From an uncultured virus (IMG/VR IMGVR_UViG_3300042368_001196) (taxonomy: Duplodnaviria; Heunggongvirae; Uroviricota; Caudoviricetes): DNA of 64,000 nt. This document shows positions 27,919 to 36,931 of this stretch, piece after piece. Numbering within the stretch: position 1 is the stretch's first letter; each line of letters begins with the position of its first letter. Where the stretch lies: the IMG/VR virus record IMGVR_UViG_3300042368_001196. One strand, written 5' to 3'. Below the pieces are notes generated by a model. That model saw nothing but the letters and a program-made list of their open reading frames with translations, did not search any database and was not told the origin of the DNA. A program made the translations under genes and the position numbers.

Positions 27919-28292
27919 CGGGATTTCCTCCGGCTGTTGAGCTTGTGTTCGATCTCGTCGACCAAGTGCTGCACCAGGTAGCAGCATGTCTCCTCAGCTT
28001 TGCGGATGTCCTCGCGGACATGGTCACGCAGAAAGCTCATGGCGACATGGACGCACTCGTGGGTCAGGGTCTTGCTGTTCCCTTTCTTCCGCGACTCGGG
28101 CCATGACTTGAGCCAGATGTAGGCCCGGTTGGCGTTGGATAGCGCCCAGCCCGCATCGGATTCGTCATCGTCCCCGTCGGTCGACAGGGTGTCGGTGAAC
28201 TTGGTCGCCGAGCGCCAAGCCGAGAGCGCATCGCCCCCAACTTTGACCCTGACCTTCAGGCCGAAGGTGCGCTCGGTTGCCGTCACTTGCAT
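27915..28292 (-). CDS. Small HExxH zincin-like protein
   Basis: TLTHECVHVA...AEETCCY. Confidence 0.6.
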   Translation of the reverse strand: MQVTATERTFGLKVRVKVGGDALSAWRSATKFTDTLSTDGDDDESDAGWALSNANRAYIWLKSWPESRKKGNSKTLTHECVHVAMSFLRDHVREDIRKAEETCCYLVQHLVDEIEHKLNSRRKSR

Positions 28293-28333
28293 GGAATCAA
28301 TGTATGGCGTTATTACTAACTCGCAACCGCGAC

Positions 28334-28579
28334 TCATCGGAGGGTCTTCCCGAAAGAGGGGTTGCGGGAAACGATGGTCTTCATGTGCTTGCGTAGGACG
28401 GCATTAAGCTCATCGAAGACCTCGGCCTCGATCCGGCTGAACTTGTGGTGTCGGGTCTGGTGAGCCCAGTCCATGATGTATTGGCGGCAAGCGGCCTTGT
28501 TGATGAAGTTGGAGACGCGGGTCTTGAAGCCGCGCTCAAGGACGTTGACTTCGTTGGTTGGTGTCGTGGGTAGATTCAT
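28334..28579 (-). CDS. Hypothetical protein
   Basis: AGAAAGGAA RBS. Confidence 0.6.
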   Translation of the reverse strand: MNLPTTPTNEVNVLERGFKTRVSNFINKAACRQYIMDWAHQTRHHKFSRIEAEVFDELNAVLRKHMKTIVSRNPSFGKTLR

Positions 28580-28598
28580 GGTTTCGGGTTCCTTTCTG

Positions 28599-28940
28599 TT
28601 AGAAGCTATAAGGGTTTTCGTTGATGGTCGGCAAGGTCGGGGGTGCGGGGAGCCGCTTGCCCGGTAGGGGCTGCACCCAGACGAGGCTATGGATCTTGCT
28701 CTCGGTGCTGACCCGATGGGCCAGAGGGATAAGGTGATCCGCTGGCGGGTCGGCCAAGGGCAAGAAAGCCGCCGCGACAATGAGTGGGGTAGCCGCGACC
28801 AGCCTCCGGAAGAGGCGGCGGGTCTGATCCCAGAAGGTCGGGGCAGTGGGCTGCGGGTTGGCCAGCAAGGTCGCCCACAGATGTGGGTAGACTTCGGCTG
28901 GGAGGCAGGGGTTTTTAGGGTCGTGATCTCTGTATTTCAT
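28599..28940 (-). CDS. Hypothetical protein with a hydrophobic segment
   Basis: AGAAAGGAA RBS before MKYRDHD. Confidence 0.5.
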   Translation of the reverse strand: MKYRDHDPKNPCLPAEVYPHLWATLLANPQPTAPTFWDQTRRLFRRLVAATPLIVAAAFLPLADPPADHLIPLAHRVSTESKIHSLVWVQPLPGKRLPAPPTLPTINENPYSF

Positions 28941-29066
28941 GGTTTTGGGTTCCTTTCTTTTGGGCTGGTTTGTGGTGATGAGGCGGGACCGGAAGTGGTG
29001 TCCGTCTCTGGAGACTTCAATGCGCGTCTCGGGTTTGTTCATGGTTACTACGACAGTATGGCGTTA

Positions 29067-29225
29067 TTACTCGTTCAAACGAATGTTTGGTTGCTGCTCA
29101 ACTTCCCGTTGAGCCAGCGGGCTGACGTAGTTCGGATCGGCAAAGATCTTCTCCACTTCGATCCTCACTTCGAGGATGCGTTCGAGTTCGCTGACGAGTT
29201 TGAGGTCTTGGGTTTCTTCGTTCAT
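29067..29225 (-). CDS. Hypothetical protein (52 aa, not in the ORF track)
   Basis: AGAAAGGAA RBS then MNEETQDLKL... Confidence 0.55.
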   Translation of the reverse strand: MNEETQDLKLVSELERILEVRIEVEKIFADPNYVSPLAQREVEQQPNIRLNE

Positions 29226-29258
29226 CGGTTCCTTTCTACTTGGTTCATGGTTCGTGGT

Positions 29259-29531
29259 TCAACGCTTCGAAGCAGGGACATAATGCCATCCGGACGGTTC
29301 GGAATCATTTCTACCCAAACCACACGCTTTGAGAAGCGTGTTGCGTAACGTGCCCGTGAAGCCAGCGCATATCGCATCAGACTCCGAAACACCGGCTTCG
29401 ATGTCGGCGCAGATGTCGTCAATCCGCATGAGATATTGTCCGAGAGCGTAGGGGTTGTAACCTCTCCTCTTCATTTGCTTCTCGTCATAGCGAGTCGCCG
29501 CGTGGACTAGTTTTTGTCGTGTCGTGGTCAT
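29259..29531 (-). CDS. Hypothetical protein
   Basis: AGAAAGGAA RBS. Confidence 0.65.
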   Translation of the reverse strand: MTTTRQKLVHAATRYDEKQMKRRGYNPYALGQYLMRIDDICADIEAGVSESDAICAGFTGTLRNTLLKACGLGRNDSEPSGWHYVPASKR

Positions 29532-29550
29532 TGGTATCTGTTCCTTTCTG

Positions 29551-30672
29551 TTATGTTGTTATTACTTTGTCGAGCAAAGAACGGAAGGCGACGGCAGCGC
29601 ACTGGGGCACAACGCCGTTTCCTGCCAATCGAAGCTCGTCCCAGCGGGAATCGCAGGACACGCACAACTCGGCATAAGCCAGCCGATCGGCAGTCCCATC
29701 AAGGCTTCGCAAAACCTCGGGTTCAGCTTGGCCTTCACCAGATAGCCACCCTCGGCCTGACTCACATCCTGCCCGAGTGACTTCTGTTTCCTGTTGACCG
29801 CCATTCCAGCTTTGCCGTCCCCTGCGTTTGGGGTTGCCCACTGGACTTGCCTCGCGAGGTAGTCCGTCTTGCGCCCCGTGGCGATCCGGCTCGGCCGCAG
29901 ATTCGGCGACATCGCCGAGGCGTCCACCACAGTCGGAGTCGTCCAAGAGGACGCGCGGCGGTTCCCAGTCATGCTGCTCTTCGCCGGGACGGGCGGGCCA
30001 AGGATGCCCCCCTCCCGATAGGCTTGGACTGCCACATCCAAGGTGTCCATCGAGAGCTTCCCGTTGCGGATGCGGCCCCCTTGGTAGCCACCCTTCGAGT
30101 CCCGCGCCGAGGCGGTGGGCCAAGATAAACACTCGCTTGCGTTGGTGTGGCGCTCCCGCATCGACTGACGCCGAGAATAATCCCGCCTCTGCTCGGTAAC
30201 CCACGCGCTCCAACTCTCGGAGGACATGGAGCAGAACCGGAGTGCCGGCGGGGTCGCTCCACCCGTCGCCCTGGAGTTTGGCCGAGACGATCCCTTCGAC
30301 GTTCTCCAAGAAAACAACGGAAGGTCGGCATCGCCGGATCCCGTCGAGTATGTAAGGGAACAAGTGTCTTGGGTCGGTGTCGGCAGCGCGGACTCCGGCT
30401 GCTGAAAACGGCTGACAGGGGAAGCCGCCCGATAGTATCGAGACACCGGAGAACTCTTCCCAAGGGAAAGTCCGGAGATCAGGCCAGATCGGAGCCGCAT
30501 CAAGTTGCCCGCCTTCCATGCGCGAGAGAAGTAACTCGCACGCGAAGGCTTCGATTTCGCTGTAAGCAACCGTTCGCAGGCGGTCGCCAATGACTTGTCG
30601 GATTCCGAGGTCGAGACCGCCGTATCCGGTGCAGAGACTGATGTGTGAGATGGTAGGATCCACATGATTCAT
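29551..30672 (-). CDS. DNA (cytosine-5) methyltransferase, alpha chain
   Basis: Motifs I SLCTGYGG, IV GFPCQPFS, VI ENV, VIII HQRKRVF and X LAGNGVV. Confidence 0.92.
   Translation of the reverse strand: MNHVDPTISHISLCTGYGGLDLGIRQVIGDRLRTVAYSEIEAFACELLLSRMEGGQLDAAPIWPDLRTFPWEEFSGVSILSGGFPCQPFSAAGVRAADTDPRHLFPYILDGIRRCRPSVVFLENVEGIVSAKLQGDGWSDPAGTPVLLHVLRELERVGYRAEAGLFSASVDAGAPHQRKRVFILAHRLGAGLEGWLPRGPHPQREALDGHLGCGSPSLSGGGHPWPARPGEEQHDWEPPRVLLDDSDCGGRLGDVAESAAEPDRHGAQDGLPREASPVGNPKRRGRQSWNGGQQETEVTRAGCESGRGWLSGEGQAEPEVLRSLDGTADRLAYAELCVSCDSRWDELRLAGNGVVPQCAAVAFRSLLDKVITT
29562..30227 (-). CDS. Overlapping-frame methyltransferase beta chain (start uncertain; the frame is open to 30665)
   Basis: WPTA/WTTP/WATP repeats and motif-IX-like LNPRFCEALMGLPIGW in the alternative frame. 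Confidence 0.7.
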   Translation of the reverse strand: MSSESWSAWVTEQRRDYSRRQSMRERHTNASECLSWPTASARDSKGGYQGGRIRNGKLSMDTLDVAVQAYREGGILGPPVPAKSSMTGNRRASSWTTPTVVDASAMSPNLRPSRIATGRKTDYLARQVQWATPNAGDGKAGMAVNRKQKSLGQDVSQAEGGYLVKAKLNPRFCEALMGLPIGWLMPSCACPAIPAGTSFDWQETALCPSALPSPSVLCSTK

Positions 30673-30688
30673 TTGGTTTATGACGTTA

Positions 30689-31009
30689 TTACTCTACACC
30701 GACATAGACCTGTCGGGTGTAGAACGTGTTGTTGCTATGGAGTTCGCGGTCGTCGATCTTGCCCAAGGCTTCGATGTCCGCCGCCAAGGCATCCGCCGTT
30801 GCCGCGTCTTTCTTGTCCTCGATGCAGCGATCCCACCGCCCGGCCACCGGATCGTAGTCGGGGTTGTCGTGCTTGTGCGTCAGGATGTGGACGCAGTATG
30901 CCTCCTCCTTGCAGCCCCAAGCCTCGGGGTCGAGCGGGTGGATGGTGACGAAGCGGATGCTGATCGGGTGACGTTGCACCGCTTCAAGGATCTTGGTTCT
31001 TAGGTTCAT
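30689..31009 (-). CDS. Hypothetical protein
   Basis: AGAAAGGAA RBS. Confidence 0.65.
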   Translation of the reverse strand: MNLRTKILEAVQRHPISIRFVTIHPLDPEAWGCKEEAYCVHILTHKHDNPDYDPVAGRWDRCIEDKKDAATADALAADIEALGKIDDRELHSNNTFYTRQVYVGVE

Positions 31010-31036
31010 GTTACTTGGTTCCTTTCTGGTTGGTTG

Positions 31037-31612
31037 TTAGTGTGTGCCGTGTTTGAACCACGTTTGGTTCGCGATGAGGGCATCAAGCTCGGCGAGGAAC
31101 TCGGCACGCTCTTCGAAGAACAGCGGCAGTTTGATTGTGATCTCCTGCGACACGCCTGCCTTCAACAGGACGTGGTTGGCAAACGCCTTCGGCTTTAATT
31201 CTTCCGACAGTTCCTTGTCGGGTGATCCACCAAAGGCCACGCGCACCGCGGCGACCCAGTTCTTCTTGTCTTCAGCCACACGGTGCTCGTGCTCTTGTTG
31301 TTGCTGCACCGCCGCTTGCTCGGAGGCGATCTGTTCAAGACGGGTGGCCTTGGCGCGGTCGCGCAACTCGGTCAACTTCTTGAGGATCTCCTCGTCGGTG
31401 TTGCAGGACTTGATGACGCAGAACAGCGCACGACTGCCACGACGCCAGCGTGCGCGACTGTAGACACCGGACTCCACCGAGGTGTCGTATCTGCGGTAGT
31501 AGGCCCGAGCTACGAGCCAGAGTTCATTCCTGCGTTCTTGCGGCAGATCGTAGATGTCTTCCACTCCACCGATGCTTTTCCAGATATTCTGGATGCGTTC
31601 TTTTATATCCAT
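31037..31612 (-). CDS. Hypothetical protein
   Basis: AGAAAGGAA RBS before MDIKERIQ. Confidence 0.65.
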   Translation of the reverse strand: MDIKERIQNIWKSIGGVEDIYDLPQERRNELWLVARAYYRRYDTSVESGVYSRARWRRGSRALFCVIKSCNTDEEILKKLTELRDRAKATRLEQIASEQAAVQQQQEHEHRVAEDKKNWVAAVRVAFGGSPDKELSEELKPKAFANHVLLKAGVSQEITIKLPLFFEERAEFLAELDALIANQTWFKHGTH

Positions 31613-31640
31613 ATTACTTGATTCCTTTCTTGGTTGTTGG

Positions 31641-31838
31641 TTAGCAGTAAGAGTCTTCGATCCACTGGCAATAGCTGCGGACCGAAGCAGGGTTGTAGTC
31701 GGCCGGTGACTGGCCGAAGTGGTCGAGGGCTTCGACGACATGGGCTCTACCGAAGAGCACCAGGAGTTCGGTGAACTCGCCGTCGAGCCTCGTGTATCGC
31801 CGTCCGTTGAGGACGAAGGGGTCTATGAGGTCGATCAT
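31641..31838 (-). CDS. Hypothetical protein
   Basis: ATGA overlap. Confidence 0.55.
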   Translation of the reverse strand: MIDLIDPFVLNGRRYTRLDGEFTELLVLFGRAHVVEALDHFGQSPADYNPASVRSYCQWIEDSYC

Positions 31839-32161
31839 TGGAGTGCGGCAGCAAACTCCTCGTCGTTGCCCAAAGCGTGAGCGAGGGCAGCAGAAGTCTC
31901 CTCGATCGACTTGAGTTCATCGTCGGAGCGTTCGCCGCTATCGACGACCTCAACCTTACTTCCATCAACGTCGCCAGACAGATTTTCACCGGCACTCCAC
32001 AGGCAAACATAAGCTGGGAGATCTATGTTGCAGTTTTCGTTTATCGGAAGAACCGGAGTGTAGACCGCAGCGGCTCCGATCCGCTTGGCTTGCTCTTCGG
32101 ATTCCGCCACAACATCGAAAGCGATGAAGGCGGGGACGTTGACTCGGTAGTATTGTTTCAT
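31835..32161 (-). CDS. Hypothetical protein
   Basis: AGAAAGGAA RBS. Confidence 0.65.
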   Translation of the reverse strand: MKQYYRVNVPAFIAFDVVAESEEQAKRIGAAAVYTPVLPINENCNIDLPAYVCLWSAGENLSGDVDGSKVEVVDSGERSDDELKSIEETSAALAHALGNDEEFAAALQ

Positions 32162-32184
32162 TGGTATGTTTCCTTTCTGGTTGG

Positions 32185-32556
32185 TTATTCGATGGATAGG
32201 TTGCGGATGAGCGGGAGCATCTTCCCGAGTGCAGACTTCTTATCGACGATGATGCGGAAGCCCAGTTGCGCGGCGATACGCGGAGCATCGTCGGAAACAA
32301 TGCCGACGACTGACACTTCGCCAGTGCGCTCGACTTCGACTTGAGCGTCTGTCCACTTGTCGCCGATCTTCCACGGCACTGCGGTCGAGAGCCACAAGGG
32401 GCCATCGTCGGTGGTGTCGGGACGGCTACCGCTCATGTCCTTGATGGAGATGCGGCCCGAGTTCTCGTCCCTCCAGAACGAGTGTCCGTCTATGTTTCCG
32501 TCTTCGTCTCTCTGCGAATCGCGGAGGAGGTATGTCCATTTATATTCAGTATTCAT
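32185..32556 (-). CDS. Hypothetical protein
   Basis: AGAAAGGAA RBS. Confidence 0.65.
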   Translation of the reverse strand: MNTEYKWTYLLRDSQRDEDGNIDGHSFWRDENSGRISIKDMSGSRPDTTDDGPLWLSTAVPWKIGDKWTDAQVEVERTGEVSVVGIVSDDAPRIAAQLGFRIIVDKKSALGKMLPLIRNLSIE

Positions 32557-32586
32557 GTGATGTGTTTCCTTTCTTGTTGGTTTTGA

Positions 32587-33375
32587 TTAAGCGGTGAACT
32601 TGAACCGCTTGGGGATGGTGGATTTGGAGACCCCGCGCACATCCTTGTGCGTGTCGGCCTCAACGATGGTGAAGAACGATCTGCCCCTCGGCATGAAGTA
32701 TTCGATCAGGGCTTCGTTGCCGGCGGTTGCGCGGACGACAGCCTCACGATCGGCTTGGTTGGCGTTTGTCAGCAAGCGGTCGCCCACCTCCAAGGTCTGA
32801 CCCTTGGTCTTGAACGGCCCGTTGCCCAAGCCCGCCTCGACCTTGGCCTTGATCAGCTTGTTGGCGGCACGGCTTTGCGCCCGGCTGATGCGGCGTTCCT
32901 CCTCACGCTTGCGCTCCCACTCGGCCCACTCACGATCCTGCCGGATGCGGTCGGACTCACGTTCCTCGGCAGTGCGATACCGCTCGGGCCTCACCTGGGC
33001 CGGAGCCTTGTCGCGCTCGACCAACGACACGGCCAAGTAGAAGTAGCCGTAGCTGGCGTTGGGTGAACCCTCGGCGACGACGAGATAGGCCGGATCGTGC
33101 GGCCACTCGAAGTGCCAAGTGAAACGCTCAAGGCTGTCGGAGTTGAAAGCCTTGGACAGATCCTTGAGCACGGGGAAGACGGTGCTGTCGATGAACGGGC
33201 AGAATTCCTGCTTGAACATCGGGATGTCCTCCTCGGTGCGCTTGATACCCTGCCGATCAGGCAGGAGGTCGAGCGGGTAGCCGGTGTGCGGCTTGAAGAT
33301 GGCGCGTGCGCCCCAAGCCATGCGTGATCCTTCGATCGGCGGATAGCCGAACCAGTGGTTTTCTAATATGCTCAT
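32587..33375 (-). CDS. Hypothetical protein
   Basis: 262 aa, AGAAAGGAA RBS. Confidence 0.7.
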   Translation of the reverse strand: MSILENHWFGYPPIEGSRMAWGARAIFKPHTGYPLDLLPDRQGIKRTEEDIPMFKQEFCPFIDSTVFPVLKDLSKAFNSDSLERFTWHFEWPHDPAYLVVAEGSPNASYGYFYLAVSLVERDKAPAQVRPERYRTAEERESDRIRQDREWAEWERKREEERRISRAQSRAANKLIKAKVEAGLGNGPFKTKGQTLEVGDRLLTNANQADREAVVRATAGNEALIEYFMPRGRSFFTIVEADTHKDVRGVSKSTIPKRFKFTA

Positions 33376-33405
33376 GGTGTTGGTTCCTTTCTTGTTATGG
33401 GTTTA

Positions 33406-33711
33406 TTACTCACGAGCCAGCTTGAGGGCTTCCTTGAGACGATCGACGCGGGCGTCGAGCATATCCTGTGACGGGAAACAATCCTCATTGGTGGCATCCT
33501 GCTTGCACCACGCGAGGGCTTCACGCAGCACGTTGCAGAGTTTCTTGTGACGCTTCGTTACCTCCGCGATTCCAGGCAGAACGTCATCTCGAAGAATCTC
33601 GATGGCTTCTTCCTGCGGTTCGGGGTGCTCCTCGTCTGGCTCGGCGTCGATAAAGTAGTCGAGTGCCTCTGCCATGATCTTCAGTTCTTCCAGTATGGGT
33701 GTTGGTTTCAT
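33406..33711 (-). CDS. Hypothetical protein
   Basis: AGAAAGGAA RBS. Confidence 0.65.
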   Translation of the reverse strand: MKPTPILEELKIMAEALDYFIDAEPDEEHPEPQEEAIEILRDDVLPGIAEVTKRHKKLCNVLREALAWCKQDATNEDCFPSQDMLDARVDRLKEALKLARE

Positions 33712-33737
33712 TGGTTAGTTCCTTTCTCATTATGGGT

Positions 33738-33941
33738 TTAATACAGATCGAAGTCTTGAGGCGTGTCTTCGGTGACGACGCGCCCCTCGAAGTCGTCGAG
33801 GTCGTTGACCAGTGAATCCAAGGCGTCGAGTGCCTCGGCTTCGGTGTCGTAGAGGTCGGGATGATATGTCTTACCATCGTCCTCCGTGTATTTAAGGTCG
33901 GCCCATCCTGTGACCGCCCCGGTTTGTATTTTGTATTTCAT
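33738..33941 (-). CDS. Small acidic hypothetical protein
   Basis: MKYKIQTG...; GAGGAGG upstream. Confidence 0.6.
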   Translation of the reverse strand: MKYKIQTGAVTGWADLKYTEDDGKTYHPDLYDTEAEALDALDSLVNDLDDFEGRVVTEDTPQDFDLY

Positions 33942-33943
33942 GG

Positions 33944-34117
33944 TTACTCTTCCTCCTCTTGCTCCTCCTCGTCGCTCGGGTAGACGAAGATTTTGAACAG
34001 ACCTCCTGCTCCGGGATGGATGTCGAAGTCGTAGTCGTTGTGGCAATAGTCGGTGACGAGGATCTCGTCATCGGGTTGGTGCTCTTTGAGAGCGTCGATT
34101 AGTTCTTGGACTTTCAT
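33944..34117 (-). CDS. Small acidic hypothetical protein (57 aa, not in the ORF track)
   Basis: AAGGAG RBS then MKVQELIDALKE... Confidence 0.6.
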   Translation of the reverse strand: MKVQELIDALKEHQPDDEILVTDYCHNDYDFDIHPGAGGLFKIFVYPSDEEEQEEEE

Positions 34118-34121
34118 TGGT

Positions 34122-34313
34122 TCATTCTCCTTTCAGTTCAGCTTCGTAGTGCGCCCTCGAGACATCGAGGATGGTGTTGAATCTGTGCTCGCCGAAATGG
34201 TGCATCGCATCAGCGAGTAGATCGATCAGCCCAACATAAGCGTCACAATCGTCGTTGTAGTTTTTAAGAGTTTCTTCAACCTTCGCTTCATTGGTTCGTG
34301 TTTCATGCTTCAT
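34122..34313 (-). CDS. Hypothetical protein
   Basis: AGAAAGGAA RBS; DLLADAMH segment. Confidence 0.6.
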   Translation of the reverse strand: MKHETRTNEAKVEETLKNYNDDCDAYVGLIDLLADAMHHFGEHRFNTILDVSRAHYEAELKGE

Positions 34314-34346
34314 CGTTCAGTTTCCTTTCTATTGTGTATGGCGTTA

Positions 34347-34823
34347 TTACCAACTGGCTTGGTAGTAGAAGTCCCAGCCTTTCACGAGGCGTGGGTTTTT
34401 CAGGATGCGCTCAAGCGCGGCCTGGGTCTTCTTCATGTCTTCCCAATACCAGTCGTTGTAGTCAGTCGTGCCGAAGAAAAACCCGCTCGTCGTGGGCAAT
34501 AGTTCGGCGGCTTTATCCTTGTTAGCGAGAACCTTCGTCACTTCATCGAGCAGCTTTTGCAGTTGCTCGCGTGAGACGTAACTCTCTTGGCACTCGTCAT
34601 GCCCACCCTGCACGTTCTGGACAAACCATTTGTGGATGGCATTGGCCTTGCGCCAGTAACAAATTGTCACGGCGAGGCTAATCATCGGTGAGTCCGAAGC
34701 AACGTCCTCGGCTTCGAGTCCGGTCGCTTCGAGTGCTTTGTTGTAACTCTCCTTCTCCTCCGGTTTTTGGAAGTTGAAGTTGCTCGTGAGTTTCCTTGCT
34801 GTCAGATACATATCTAATCCCAT
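34347..34823 (-). CDS. Conserved phage hypothetical protein
   Basis: MGLDMYL...YWRKANAIHKWF...GFFFG...YYQASW signature. Confidence 0.75.
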   Translation of the reverse strand: MGLDMYLTARKLTSNFNFQKPEEKESYNKALEATGLEAEDVASDSPMISLAVTICYWRKANAIHKWFVQNVQGGHDECQESYVSREQLQKLLDEVTKVLANKDKAAELLPTTSGFFFGTTDYNDWYWEDMKKTQAALERILKNPRLVKGWDFYYQASW

Positions 34824-34852
34824 AGTTTTGGTTTCCTTTCGTTGTTGGTTGT

Positions 34853-35038
34853 TTAATCCTCAATGCCGACTGCTTCTTTGTAAGCATCCTCAATGTCGGA
34901 GAGGCGTTCTTTGAACTCCTCCAGCATTTCCCTGCGGGAGTCGTAGCCGATGTCTTTATATGACTGTCCGTTGAGCAGATCGCATACGTCGAAGTAGCAC
35001 TGCTGAATGTCGGCCAGTCGGTTTCCATGTATTCCCAT
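34853..35038 (-). CDS. Hypothetical protein
   Basis: AGAAAGGAA RBS. Confidence 0.55.
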   Translation of the reverse strand: MGIHGNRLADIQQCYFDVCDLLNGQSYKDIGYDSRREMLEEFKERLSDIEDAYKEAVGIED

Positions 35039-35052
35039 ATTGATGTTCCTTT

Positions 35053-35241
35053 CTATTTGTCGTGTTGGTTGTTCGGGTCTTTGACCCACTCGATGTCGAT
35101 GCCTAACTCGGTCAGCGCGTCGAGGTCGCGATGGTCGATGGTGGTCTTTCCGGTCAGACGTTGGACATAAGGGCCAAGGTGTCCGGTCGGATAGATGCTC
35201 TGGCGTCCGTAGACCGAGCGTTCAAACAGTTGCAGTCTCAT
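35053..35241 (-). CDS. Hypothetical protein
   Basis: GGAAGGAA RBS. Confidence 0.6.
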   Translation of the reverse strand: MRLQLFERSVYGRQSIYPTGHLGPYVQRLTGKTTIDHRDLDALTELGIDIEWVKDPNNQHDK

Positions 35242-35270
35242 GGTGTTGGTTCCTTCCTGTTGTGGGGTTA

Positions 35271-35453
35271 TTACGAAGCCTCATCGAACTCGATGGGCAG
35301 GGTGAGTTGCGGGTCGGCTTGCTCTTTCCGGGCAAGCTGGACGAGGTGCGCGTGACGCACGACGAGTGAAGAGAGGCGCAATGCCGCCTCGATGTCGTAG
35401 TCGTGGGTCGCATTGAAGTGCGCCGCCGACTCAAGGATCAGTGATTTATTCAT
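35271..35453 (-). CDS. Hypothetical protein
   Basis: AGAAAGGAA RBS. Confidence 0.55.
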   Translation of the reverse strand: MNKSLILESAAHFNATHDYDIEAALRLSSLVVRHAHLVQLARKEQADPQLTLPIEFDEAS

Positions 35454-35473
35454 GTGGTTTCCTTTCTGTTTGG

Positions 35474-35812
35474 TTAAGCGGCCTCGCACGAAACGCTTCG
35501 CGCAAAGGCCAAGACTTGTTCCGGCGTGTCCAAGACAAAGTGGACAGTCGGGGTGGAGTTGTCTGCCGGATCGCCGTCGATATGCCAGATCTCCGACCTC
35601 TCATTGCTGATGTGCCGGATGCTGACATGGATCCGGTCGCCGACTTCGGGGACGCTGGCATCCTCGAATGCGGTGAGCATGATCTCGGTGTTCCAGTTCT
35701 CGTCGGTGAACTCGGGGTATCGATGGGTGACGAGGGCATCGCAGCCCCCGCCAGTCCCGATCTTGCAGAACCCGCACTTGCGGAGTTCTTCGTGTAGTTC
35801 TTCGGTTGTCAT
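35474..35812 (-). CDS. Hypothetical protein
   Basis: AGAAAGGA RBS. Confidence 0.65.
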   Translation of the reverse strand: MTTEELHEELRKCGFCKIGTGGGCDALVTHRYPEFTDENWNTEIMLTAFEDASVPEVGDRIHVSIRHISNERSEIWHIDGDPADNSTPTVHFVLDTPEQVLAFARSVSCEAA

Positions 35813-35831
35813 GGTGTGTATCCTTTCTTTG

Positions 35832-36335
35832 CTATTTGGTTAGTTCGGTGACGACGTAATCGTTCTTCACTCGGGAGTCCTTGAGGATGTCGCGGATGTC
35901 GTCCTTGGTGAACGCACTCGTGGCATACGCTTGCACTTGGTAGTCGTCACCCTCCGAAGGATGAATCCACGCAGACAAGCGGTGCTTGTATCCCTGCCGG
36001 ATCATCTTGGCATCCAACGCCGCTTGCTCCTTGGCTTTCTTCGCTTCGATCTTGGCCCACTCGCGTTGGAACTTTGCGGCCCGCTTGGCGTAGCTCTTCT
36101 CCTTGCGCTCCAACTTGGCGATGCCTTTGCCGTCGATGAACTCGGCAAGCAACTCCTTGGCTCGCTTGTTGAAGTCCTCCTTGTCGATGGTCTTGTCGCG
36201 CAGGAACTCGGACTCGGCATTACAAGCGCCATTACGGAGCGCGACTTTCAACTGCAAGCCGTAGCCCGCATACTTATTGGAACATGGGCTGATCTCGTAG
36301 TAAACGGACTGCCCTTTGCGTGTGTATTTCTTCAT
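35832..36335 (-). CDS. Basic hypothetical protein
   Basis: GAAAGGAA RBS. Confidence 0.65.
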   Translation of the reverse strand: MKKYTRKGQSVYYEISPCSNKYAGYGLQLKVALRNGACNAESEFLRDKTIDKEDFNKRAKELLAEFIDGKGIAKLERKEKSYAKRAAKFQREWAKIEAKKAKEQAALDAKMIRQGYKHRLSAWIHPSEGDDYQVQAYATSAFTKDDIRDILKDSRVKNDYVVTELTK

Positions 36336-36353
36336 GTGATTTCCTTTCGTTGG

Positions 36354-36629
36354 TTAGTTGTTGGGTTCGACGCCTTCGTTCTCCATCCACTCGAAGAGTT
36401 GAGCTTCAAGGGCGGCGAGGTCGTCGCTTTGGTATTGATGGTTTTCGATCTGGAGGTAGTAGCGGCCACCCTCGGCGGCTAACTCTCCCTGCCAGTCCTC
36501 GATGATGTAGTTGGCATACGGCTCCACCGGATCGTGGATGCCGTTGTAAACGAGGGCGCGGATCTCCTTCTCGGGATTGCACTCGTCGTTCTGCGGGAAC
36601 GTGTGTCGTTGTTTCGGGTATGTTTTCAT
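36354..36629 (-). CDS. Hypothetical protein
   Basis: AGAAAGGAA RBS. Confidence 0.6.
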   Translation of the reverse strand: MKTYPKQRHTFPQNDECNPEKEIRALVYNGIHDPVEPYANYIIEDWQGELAAEGGRYYLQIENHQYQSDDLAALEAQLFEWMENEGVEPNN

Positions 36630-36643
36630 ATTCAGTTTCCTTT

Positions 36644-36919
36644 CTATTGGTTGAGTTTGGGATGCTGCTGCACCCACTTCAGTTCCTTGTGCGCTTTGCC
36701 CATCTCCATGATGATAGACAATTTCTTGTGGGCCTTGCGGACATGGTCGCAGACCACGCCAAAGGCCCGCTCCTCCACCGCTTGCGCGGCTTGGGCCATC
36801 TCCTCATCGGCCCGAGCGAAGTAATCCATGATGCACGCTTCATGCTGCATGGTTCGGTATTCGAGCCACGGGATCATCTCGCCTCCGGTGTCGAGGGGTT
36901 TGAGTAGTTGTTTGCTCAT
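36644..36919 (-). CDS. Hypothetical protein
   Basis: AGAAAGGAA RBS. Confidence 0.6.
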   Translation of the reverse strand: MSKQLLKPLDTGGEMIPWLEYRTMQHEACIMDYFARADEEMAQAAQAVEERAFGVVCDHVRKAHKKLSIIMEMGKAHKELKWVQQHPKLNQ

Positions 36920-36931
36920 ATTGTTTCCTTT

